From positions 1 through 18,408 of IMG/VR virus record IMGVR_UViG_3300045988_016268: a stretch of 18,408 nt of DNA; one strand, 5' to 3'. Below are positions 1-6,562 of the stretch, in pieces; within the stretch, counting starts at the first letter, position 1; the number at the start of each line of letters is the position of its first letter. The notes beneath the pieces were generated by a model, which saw only the letters and a program-made list of their open reading frames with translations, did not search any database and was not told the DNA's origin. The translations under genes and the position numbers were made by a program. Origin of the DNA: a virus.

Positions 1-296
1 CAGGGGAGGGGTCCCAGCAGCTAGCTTTTTTCCATAACTGCTCTGTTGTGTGTGTTGCTGTCGCTCTCTGTTCTGTGTTTTTTTGTTGTCGTTTCTGTTG
101 TGTTTTTTTGCCCCGTCTCTGGTTCTTCTTGTGTTTTGCTGGCTTTTTTATTGTCGTTTCTGCTTGTTGTTTTGTCTGCGTTTTTTATCTCGTTGTTTTT
201 TATCGTTTTTTGTGTTGTTCGGCGTGTTGTGTTTTGTGGTGGTGTATTATATTAATTATCAACCAAGGAATGTAGAAAGGATGGTAGTTGAGATGA
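1..296. repeat. Left inverted terminal repeat (ITR-L), 296 bp, exact reverse complement of 18113..18408
   Basis: Base-by-base comparison of the two ends. Identity runs from nt 1 to nt 296 (...ggatggtagttgaga) and the first mismatch is nt 297 (t) versus the complement of 18112 (g). All three reading frames give identical ORF translations at both ends in the supplied track. Confidence 0.97.
215..256 (+). promoter_or_regulatory. Putative inward-facing early promoter inside ITR-L (AT-rich TATTATATTAAT box preceded by TG)
   Basis: This is the only AT-rich box in the ITR (tgTATTATATTAATTATC at 243..260). It lies about 25-35 nt upstream of the RBS and ATG at 281/293. TTGTTC (215..220) and TTGTGG (233..238) are imperfect -35 candidates with non-ideal spacing. 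Confidence 0.3.
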
Positions 297-478
297 TGTG
301 TCGTCAAGATATTAAGAATGAGGTTGTTGATTATATTCGCAACAGTGGCGAGCGTGTTGTGGATTATGATGTTGATGCTATTGTGGATTGTCTTGTTGTT
401 ATGTATAAGCGTGAGGGTGTTGAGTTTTATCGTTATTGTTTTGAGACTGTGGTTTTTACGAATCGTGTAGCCGAGTGA
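281..478 (+). CDS. Hypothetical small acidic early protein whose start codon lies inside ITR-L
   Basis: Translation is MVVEMMCRQDIKNEVVDYIRNSGERVVDYDVDAIV... An AAGGAA / GAAAGGA Shine-Dalgarno-like sequence sits at 265..281. The alternative ATG is at 293. The upstream part of ORF 50..478 is a Cys/Phe/Leu/Val artefact of the A-free ITR. No recognisable domain. Confidence 0.6.
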   Translation: MVVEMMCRQDIKNEVVDYIRNSGERVVDYDVDAIVDCLVVMYKREGVEFYRYCFETVVFTNRVAE

Positions 479-501
479 GCAATAAGAGAAGGAGAGCTAA
501 A

Positions 502-747
502 ATGTTTAAAGTTAAAGCTTATGTAACTGAGATTGAACCTCATAATTTATATGAGGTCGATATTGACGGTTTTAAGACAGCTGTTGCGCCTTGTATGAAA
601 ATTGATGATAGTGTGGTCACGTTTAAATCAGCTCTTACTACAGTTCTTGAATTAAACTATGGTGATTGTGGTTTTGATTTCATATGTTGTGGTGTTAAGG
701 ATGGTGTTGCTTGCTATGTTGTTTCAATTTATGATTATGCATGGTGA
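502..747 (+). CDS. Hypothetical protein (81 aa)
   Basis: ATG at 502 is preceded by GAAGGAGAG (489..497). The in-frame upstream start at 475 lacks an RBS. A strong terminator hairpin follows. No recognisable domain. Confidence 0.65.
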   Translation: MFKVKAYVTEIEPHNLYEVDIDGFKTAVAPCMKIDDSVVTFKSALTTVLELNYGDCGFDFICCGVKDGVACYVVSIYDYAW

Positions 748-756
748 CTGATAACA

Positions 757-785
757 AATAAGCCCCGCGATATGCGGGGCTTATT
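757..785. terminator. Bidirectional intrinsic terminator between convergent gene sets
   Basis: A perfect 12-bp stem, aataagccccgc (757..768) with gcggggcttatt (774..785), closes a 5-nt loop gatat. A/T runs flank both sides. It sits between the plus-strand stop at 747 and the minus-strand stop at 798. Confidence 0.85.
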
Positions 786-797
786 CATGCTGGGAGG

Positions 798-1865
798 TTA
801 GTAGTAGAGCACTTCACCGGGGTAGATGAGATTCATGTTGCCTGAGCTATATCCTGTGATGTTGTACATGCTGACCCCGAGCCGTGCGGCGATACTTGAT
901 AGTATGTCGCCCGCCTGCACTACGTATGTGCGCGATACTGTTGCGGTGCCTCCGCCGTTGTGACATACCTTGTCGCCGGGGTATACGATGGACGGGTTGC
1001 CGCTGGGTACGCTTACGTTCCACCAGTCAGACCAGAACATTGAAACGTACTGGCCGCTTTGGATGATAACGCAATTGGTGCCGCATGGGGTGTTTGGCGT
1101 GCTGGGTTGCGGTGCGGGTTGCGGTGCGGGTTGCGGTGCGGGCTTGGGTGCAACTTGTCCGCTACCAGCGTACGCGTGCCACGTGTTGAGGTCGCCGTAG
1201 ACTACGCTTAGGTCAACCCCTCCGGCCCAGCCGTTGACATAGCCGTTGCCAGTGTATTGCCATGCGACGGCGAACGGCCAGTAGCGGAGTGTGGGCTGTG
1301 TTGAGGGCGGGTTGAACCCGTAGATTGGTGTATAACCCAGCGTGTAAGCGGCTATCCACAGGCCATAGTTACCGGCGACAACTGCCGACCAGTCGTAACT
1401 GTTTTCGGTGTACTGGTTTGTGTAGATAATCGGCTTGGTGCCCCATGCGGCTTCCACGGTCTGAAGCCATGTGAGCGCCCAACCAGTATCCCATAGGGCG
1501 TTAGGCTCCCAGTCTAGAATTGGTACGATGCCTTTGCCAATGTATCCGCGTGTGTGGTCGATAAAGTAATTGGCCTCGCTAACAGCGCTGTTTTCCGTGT
1601 GCGCGAAATGGTAGACGCCGACGCCCTGTCCTGCCGCTAAGGCGTCCTGTACTACGCGGTCACAATCGGGGTTGACGTATCCGACGCCTTCGGTGGCTTT
1701 GGCGACAACGATTTGCGCGCCGGTGGTGGTGACGTTGATACCGGTCTGCCAACTGGATACGTCTATCATGTCCGCCGCGCTCGCGGTTGGCGCGAATATC
1801 AGTAGCAGTGTGGCGATTGCAGCAATTACGCTATAGGCGACTGCTTTAATTTTCTTTGCCATCAT
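798..1865 (-). CDS. Endolysin: Sec-type signal peptide, GH25 muramidase, (PAPQ)n linker, LysM cell-wall-binding region
   Basis: The N-terminus MMAKKIKAVAYSVIAAIATLLLIFAPTASA|AD has a basic n-region, a hydrophobic core and an ASA cleavage motif. GH25 hallmarks are present: DVSSWQ, AKATEG..YVNP, YHF and ILDWE. The linker reads PKPAPQPAPQPAPQP. The C-terminal YVVQAGDILSSIAARLGV...LIYPGEVL is a LysM motif, preceded by a degenerate LysM-like segment. The start may be the second ATG at 1862. Confidence 0.9.
   Translation of the reverse strand: MMAKKIKAVAYSVIAAIATLLLIFAPTASAADMIDVSSWQTGINVTTTGAQIVVAKATEGVGYVNPDCDRVVQDALAAGQGVGVYHFAHTENSAVSEANYFIDHTRGYIGKGIVPILDWEPNALWDTGWALTWLQTVEAAWGTKPIIYTNQYTENSYDWSAVVAGNYGLWIAAYTLGYTPIYGFNPPSTQPTLRYWPFAVAWQYTGNGYVNGWAGGVDLSVVYGDLNTWHAYAGSGQVAPKPAPQPAPQPAPQPSTPNTPCGTNCVIIQSGQYVSMFWSDWWNVSVPSGNPSIVYPGDKVCHNGGGTATVSRTYVVQAGDILSSIAARLGVSMYNITGYSSGNMNLIYPGEVLYY
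1104..1151. repeat. Tandem 12-bp repeat (gggttgcggtgc x3 plus one degenerate unit) encoding the PAPQ linker of the endolysin
   Basis: Read directly: units at 1104..1115, 1116..1127 and 1128..1139 are identical, and 1140..1151 (gggcttgggtgc) is diverged. Confidence 0.9.
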
Positions 1866-2211
1866 GTTCCTTTCTATCGATGTTGAAAATGTTGAGAATA
1901 TTAGAGTCTTTTAACTCGGGGTTGATTTTTACGCAATTTTCTATGATTGAGGTGATTTCAATTAAGCAAATGCCTGCGCAAACCGGAATGAATACCGGTA
2001 GCTCAATTCCGAGACTGACGTAGCCCGAACCGTATTCAACGATTAACGCGACGCAAATAATCGCTAGGTACGCGAACTTGTGCCCGAGTCCCTGTCTCAT
2101 TTTCTCGCTGGATAATTCGCCGTGCATAATCGCGTTGACCACGCCGGTAATATAGTCAATCAGCACCAATAAAAATACGATACCGATAACGATTAATTCA
2201 TGAATTGGCAT
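1846..2211 (-). CDS. Holin (phage_holin_4_1 / TcdE-like family)
   Basis: 121 aa with three hydrophobic helices. The family signature LIDYITGVVNAIMHGELSSEKMRQGLGHKF is present, and the C-terminus is charged. The gene lies immediately upstream of the endolysin and overlaps it by 20 nt. Confidence 0.85.
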   Translation of the reverse strand: MPIHELIVIGIVFLLVLIDYITGVVNAIMHGELSSEKMRQGLGHKFAYLAIICVALIVEYGSGYVSLGIELPVFIPVCAGICLIEITSIIENCVKINPELKDSNILNIFNIDRKEHDGKEN

Positions 2212-2221
2212 GAATATTTTC

Positions 2222-3361
2222 TCACTTTCTTATACCTGATTGTTGCAACAAGCCGCCAAGAATCATGCTGAATTCTGCTTTGATTTGCGGTGTTTCAAAA
2301 CGTAATCGTCCGACGCGATAGGCGCTTAATATTTTCTGTGTCATATCGTCGGAGCGTTTGAGCATGATGCAATCATTGTCAACCAGTCGGTAGTCAAACG
2401 TAAAATCACGGGTGATTTTCGGCTGTTTTTTGGTAATGATATATAGTACTTCGTCGGTATCGCTTAATTGTTGGTATACGTTGAAAATACCGTATTCTGT
2501 GGTCCTCAATGTGAAGGCGTAACCGGAGTTGTTGAAACCACTAATGAGGGTATTGGCGTTATCCCTGAAATCATTGTTGATTGCATAATTCGCATAATTT
2601 TCGTCATATTTGCGTAAAAATTGTCCGAACTTGGATGTGGCCACCTTGGCGCTGAACCCACCATAATCGGCCAGTTCCACCATGACGAAGCCATCACAAT
2701 AGCGTTGGTATTGCGTGTGATTATCCAACTGTGGTTTCAAGTTGATATTAAATGCGCTGAAATACGGGTTGGCCAATGTTACCGCGTTGCTGCACATGAT
2801 GACTCGCACTCTATCGTTCCAACGGTCAACCGTATTGTAGAACTCCTCAAGTGCGGTTACTTCACCGCCCAAATACCGCATGTTATCGGGGAAGATTTCA
2901 TCAAAAACAATGGTTCGCACCTTGGGATACGCAACTGATTTGACCTGTCCCGCCTGACTGAGGGCAATGAAGTACCCTATGATGTGCCATGTGGGGCGCG
3001 TCTTGCCGTGCTTGTCCGTGGTGGCGTCCCTGTCATCCAGCCAGTGACATTCAGCTTGATTGCCGGACACGCGAAACTCCAGTTCCGGGTATTGCTCCGC
3101 GATATCGGCAAACCATGTGCCCTTGTTTTTCTGTTCCTCCGCAGTCCTGCGTAGATAGATGAATTGCCAGCGTTTTTTAATCCAGTCGCCTATGACCAGT
3201 TTTTTGGCTCCGTAGGTTTTTCCGAGGCCGCGAGCGCCGATTACGAACATCCAAGGCGCGTGATAGGATAATACGCGCCTATAATCGTAATAATCCCCCT
3301 CTTCTAACAGTTTCTCCATAATACCCATCCTACCATACAGCAGCGACAGGCCGGTGGACAT
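2222..3361 (-). CDS. DNA encapsidation (packaging) ATPase, phi29 gp16-like
   Basis: Walker A is VIGARGLGKTYG and Walker B is RTIVFDEIF. The size of about 370 aa is typical of gp16-family packaging ATPases. Internal ATGs at 3328 and 3319 are possible true starts, and an AGGA lies about 9 nt upstream of 3319. Confidence 0.85.
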   Translation of the reverse strand: MSTGLSLLYGRMGIMEKLLEEGDYYDYRRVLSYHAPWMFVIGARGLGKTYGAKKLVIGDWIKKRWQFIYLRRTAEEQKNKGTWFADIAEQYPELEFRVSGNQAECHWLDDRDATTDKHGKTRPTWHIIGYFIALSQAGQVKSVAYPKVRTIVFDEIFPDNMRYLGGEVTALEEFYNTVDRWNDRVRVIMCSNAVTLANPYFSAFNINLKPQLDNHTQYQRYCDGFVMVELADYGGFSAKVATSKFGQFLRKYDENYANYAINNDFRDNANTLISGFNNSGYAFTLRTTEYGIFNVYQQLSDTDEVLYIITKKQPKITRDFTFDYRLVDNDCIMLKRSDDMTQKILSAYRVGRLRFETPQIKAEFSMILGGLLQQSGIRK

Positions 3362-3380
3362 CTACCGGCCTATCACTGCG

Positions 3381-4595
3381 CTAGAAGTTCGGCGGCGCGC
3401 TGGTGCCGTCCCATACATTCAACAGCGAGTAGACGGTATTATAGCGTGTCCCGTATGGCCCGAACGGGGGCGTATTGAGGATATTATTATACAGTTGTGT
3501 AAGCGATGAAGCATGAGGCACGTTCAACGCGCCAGCCGGGCTTTGGTGATAAGCACTCGTCCACAGTATTTGCATTTTCGCGTCACCATACATCTGTGGG
3601 TAACTCTCGTAATCCTCAGCGAACTGATTACGCTGGCCCTGCCGTGATTCCGTGCGCCTCGCCCACGTCTGGAACGCCGCGACTTCGCTACCGGTCATCG
3701 CCCTGTCGAACTTGCCGCCTGATTCCATGAGCGCGGCGATGTTCGGCGCGGCGGCGGCAAACGCCTCATATCCTACAGCGTCCACCGCCCTCATTGCATT
3801 CAAGACCTGCAAGCGGCGTCCAAAACTCCATTGCGCGATGCCGATACCCTGATTGTTTGGTTCGACAGCATCCCAGCGTAATGATGATTCAACGGTACCG
3901 ATGACATAGAGCGCGTATGAGCTTTTCCCGTCGCCTACGCTTGGCGTGCCCTGACCTTGGTCGGCGTCCGGCTGACCTGTGCCGCCGCGATATACCCACG
4001 TCTGGGCGGCTGACTTATAGAAAATGGCTTGCGATGATGTCGTGCCCGAGCCACTGTGATATACGAGGTTATCGCCCTGTAGTTGTATCCATGCGGAGAT
4101 GTCGCCGTCCACGTTCACGCCCGGATTATCACCGCCCGTCGGGTTATCGCCGGATTCCGGCGGTTCCGGCAATGCCGTGGGATGCAGATAACCGAGAAGC
4201 TGTGACCCCTTCGCGAGCGGTAGTGTTTGATGCACGGCGGGCGTTGGGTTTTGCGTCAACACGTCGATGCTGTCGCCTTGGACACCACCCCATACGATGG
4301 CCACGTGACTGCCGGGGTAGTTTTGACTGCCGAACCTCCAAAACACGACATCCCCCATGCCGGGCGTATAGTTGGCGTCTTTTTTCTCAAAAACACGCCC
4401 CACGGCGGACGTGGTGGGGAACATGATGTAATTGCCCGCCGCGTAACCTGTCGGGGTGATGCAATCACCTAACGACAGATTGTAATTATCCATGCAGTAT
4501 TTTGCCCACAGGTCCCAACATTGGGCACCGAAAACCCCGTCCATGTCCCAGTACTGGTTTTGGGTACGTTCCAACCATGCTTGTACGTCTACCAT
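3381..4595 (-). CDS. Tail-associated peptidoglycan hydrolase (phi29 gp13 position): N-terminal CHAP peptidase plus C-terminal lytic-transglycosylase-like domain
   Basis: CHAP Cys and His motifs are GAQCWDLWAKY and GSHVAIVW. The C-terminal TVESSLRWDAV...GIGIAQWS resembles the SLT-type ES...GLMQ signature. A Pro/Gly/Asp linker joins the two domains. Its position between the fibres and the ATPase matches the phi29 order. Confidence 0.75.
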   Translation of the reverse strand: MVDVQAWLERTQNQYWDMDGVFGAQCWDLWAKYCMDNYNLSLGDCITPTGYAAGNYIMFPTTSAVGRVFEKKDANYTPGMGDVVFWRFGSQNYPGSHVAIVWGGVQGDSIDVLTQNPTPAVHQTLPLAKGSQLLGYLHPTALPEPPESGDNPTGGDNPGVNVDGDISAWIQLQGDNLVYHSGSGTTSSQAIFYKSAAQTWVYRGGTGQPDADQGQGTPSVGDGKSSYALYVIGTVESSLRWDAVEPNNQGIGIAQWSFGRRLQVLNAMRAVDAVGYEAFAAAAPNIAALMESGGKFDRAMTGSEVAAFQTWARRTESRQGQRNQFAEDYESYPQMYGDAKMQILWTSAYHQSPAGALNVPHASSLTQLYNNILNTPPFGPYGTRYNTVYSLLNVWDGTSAPPNF

Positions 4596-4604
4596 AGTAT
4601 TAGT

Positions 4605-4634
4605 ATACCCCGCCCGGAATGCCGGACGGGGTAT
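4605..4634 (-). promoter_or_regulatory. GC-rich hairpin directly upstream of the tail-lysin start codon
   Basis: ataccccg (4605..4612) pairs with cggggtat (4627..4634), and ccgg (4614..4617) pairs with ccgg (4622..4625), with one mismatch. On the minus strand the hairpin ends 9 nt before the ATG at 4595 and contains the only G-rich SD-like sequence. No U-tract follows on the minus strand. Confidence 0.5.
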
Positions 4635-4657
4635 GTTTTCACGTGAAACATGAAAAC
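4635..4657. repeat. Copy 1 (imperfect) of the GTTTCACGTGAAAC palindrome family
   Basis: The sequence is gttttcacgtgaaacatgaaaac. The perfect 12-bp palindrome tttcacgtgaaa lies at 4637..4648. One extra T distinguishes it from the other copies. An outer inverted repeat pairs gttttc (4635..4640) with gaaaac (4652..4657). The copy is intergenic. Confidence 0.9.
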
Positions 4658-4710
4658 TTCCAATACGGTTACACCATACGGTTGCCGTCCGTGGTGGTGT
4701 TACGTTGGTG

Positions 4711-5622
4711 TCAGATTACAAAATAAGAGAGTTGCAGTGTCTGTTTCAGCTGAGTGTTTGTCTTGATTGTTCCCTGACAATAGAAAGATACGACCCCATC
4801 TCCGGTGATACTAATATTGCATGGCCCGGAGTCATTACCATACGTGAACGGATAGGAATTTATAAAGCCGTTCGGTCGATATCCTTCCGGCATTGTCCCG
4901 ATAATGAGTGAGCCGGGGTTCACGTTCGACGTACAGTTAGCGTTGGAGTGCCCGTCTGGCGAACCGAAACGCACCATGATGTTGACGAATTTTGACAGCG
5001 GTGAGTAATATACCGTCCATGATGCGTTAGAAAAATGATTAGTCAGCACGTTAGTTCGCTGAACCAATGCCGTCGCTGATTGTCCCGAGGTTTTCAGGCT
5101 GGTTAATTCTTCCTGTACGTTCGTCGCCGCTGTCGTCGCGTTTGTCGCTTCAGTGTGGATTTGCTGTGCGGTGCCCGAGTATCCGCCCTGCTTGGTAAAC
5201 GTCGTGTCGGCCTGCGCTTTTGTGTACACGTCGGCGGCGTTTGCCTTGCCGTCAACCGTGCCGGACAGCGAGGACACGGTGCCCTGTAATGCCGTCAATG
5301 CGGTGTTTTCGGCCTTGCCGTTAATCGTGGACATAAGTGCTTGCGCGGTTGGCTCTGAGGTCACGCCAAGCGCGGTAAAATATGATTCCTGCGCGGCAAT
5401 ATCACTCTTATTAGTCTGCGCCAATGATAGAGCGTTATCCGCCGTGCTTTTCGCCGTATTGGCGGTACTTGCCGCGGTGGTCGCGTCCGTCGCGTTGCGG
5501 TACATCTGCGAGTCGATTTTACTCATGTCCGCTGTGTAGTCGCCGCGCCATGACGGTTTATCGTCCGGGCTGTCCCCGAACTGGCTGAGATTATAATGAG
5601 GGGTTTTATTGATACTACTCAT
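4711..5622 (-). CDS. Tail fibre / receptor-binding protein 1
   Basis: The N-terminal motif HYNLSQFGDSPDDKPSWRGDYTADMSKIDSQMY is shared with the adjacent gene. An Ala/Thr-rich predicted coiled shaft follows, then a compact C-terminal domain. The RBS is GAGGAA. The gene overlaps the upstream gene by 8 nt. Confidence 0.7.
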   Translation of the reverse strand: MSSINKTPHYNLSQFGDSPDDKPSWRGDYTADMSKIDSQMYRNATDATTAASTANTAKSTADNALSLAQTNKSDIAAQESYFTALGVTSEPTAQALMSTINGKAENTALTALQGTVSSLSGTVDGKANAADVYTKAQADTTFTKQGGYSGTAQQIHTEATNATTAATNVQEELTSLKTSGQSATALVQRTNVLTNHFSNASWTVYYSPLSKFVNIMVRFGSPDGHSNANCTSNVNPGSLIIGTMPEGYRPNGFINSYPFTYGNDSGPCNISITGDGVVSFYCQGTIKTNTQLKQTLQLSYFVI

Positions 5623-6562
5623 GAGAGGATTCCTCGCTTTCAGTATTACGGGTAGGCGTCCCTACCCGAACAATATTATAGTTGTCGGAATATTGTGTGT
5701 CCAGTTGTGTGGCGGTCAATCCCGTAGTGGACGGTACAGATTGCGATAGCGCCTGCTCTAACGCGGATACACGAGCAACGAGAGTATCATATGTATTCAC
5801 TGTTACGTAATTGGCTAAATCTGATATTTTCGCGAATGTTCGCCATGGTGCCCAAGAGTTGTGATAATTACGTCTCATATAGATGTTAGAATCAGAGTCG
5901 TTTGAAAACACTATTTCCAATATAGCAAGAGCCGATACTCTGAGTTTAAAACATATTCCCTCTACGTTTGCATGCGGTTTTGTGCCCTTAGAGCCGTTTG
6001 CTGCATGATATATTTTACCTATTGTTGATTCGTCGATAGAATCGTAATCTAATTGCGATGTCGGCAATGGATTAAAAAATAAACCACCTTGAAAAACTCC
6101 TAATGGACTGCCGCCCGTACCGTCGCCCGCCAGCGTGGCATCATGCGCAACCGCCGTCAATCCGCCCGAGCTGCTGTCACCCACATAGCTAATAGTGACC
6201 TGATTGCCCGACGTTTCGATATTGATACCGCTTCCCGCTTTGATGTCGCCCGCCGTCAACCGGTCGGCTATCGCCGCCGCGAGGGCTTGCGTTACGCTCT
6301 CCGTAGTTGCGTACCCATCGAGACTGGGAATGTCCTCGGTTCGGGCTATCGTATCCGCCACGCCCAAATAGCTATCGGCGGTGCCGTCGCCGGTAAGGTC
6401 GGCGGTATGCTCTACCGTGGTCATGCCGCCCGCCTGTGACGCGGCGTAGATTGCCGAGTCAATCTTGGACATGTCCTCATTGTAATCGCCGGTATAGGTT
6501 GGGCGGTCATCCTCCGTATACTGGGATAATCCGTAGTGCTCGGTGTGGTTGGTGGCGGTCAT
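5615..6562 (-). CDS. Tail fibre / receptor-binding protein 2 (paralogous N-terminus)
   Basis: The true start is taken as ATG 6562 (MTATNHTEHYGLSQYTEDDRPTYTGDYNEDMSKIDSAIY), preceded by AGAGGGG and forming an ATGA overlap with the upstream stop. LxGDGTxxSxLGV fibre repeats occur twice. The C-terminal domain is low in GC. Confidence 0.7.
   Translation of the reverse strand: MTATNHTEHYGLSQYTEDDRPTYTGDYNEDMSKIDSAIYAASQAGGMTTVEHTADLTGDGTADSYLGVADTIARTEDIPSLDGYATTESVTQALAAAIADRLTAGDIKAGSGINIETSGNQVTISYVGDSSSGGLTAVAHDATLAGDGTGGSPLGVFQGGLFFNPLPTSQLDYDSIDESTIGKIYHAANGSKGTKPHANVEGICFKLRVSALAILEIVFSNDSDSNIYMRRNYHNSWAPWRTFAKISDLANYVTVNTYDTLVARVSALEQALSQSVPSTTGLTATQLDTQYSDNYNIVRVGTPTRNTESEESSHE

Noticed and set aside
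26-211. Possible helical phasing of the T6-7 runs in the ITR (intrinsic bend)
   Set aside because: The spacings between run starts are 52, 25, 41, 37, 15 and 10 nt, which are not consistently multiples of about 10.5. I cannot claim phased curvature without a calculation.
46-478. Three overlapping plus-strand ORFs (46..255, 48..275, 50..478) encoding Cys/Phe/Leu/Val-only peptides, mirrored at 17937..18363 on the minus strand
   Set aside because: All three frames are open only because the tract lacks A, so TAA, TAG and TGA cannot occur. The peptide composition is a direct read-out of G/T/C-only DNA, and no RBS precedes them. Only the portion from ATG 281/293 onward looks like a real gene.
1104-1151. 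The 12-bp tandem repeat considered as a CRISPR-like or regulatory array
   Set aside because: The units are contiguous without spacers, in frame, and encode the PAPQ inter-domain linker of the endolysin. This is an ordinary coding microsatellite.
3917-4426. 169-aa plus-strand ORF antisense to the CHAP tail-lysin gene
   Set aside because: It is an Arg/Pro/Cys-rich shadow ORF inside a gene with clear CHAP motifs on the opposite strand.
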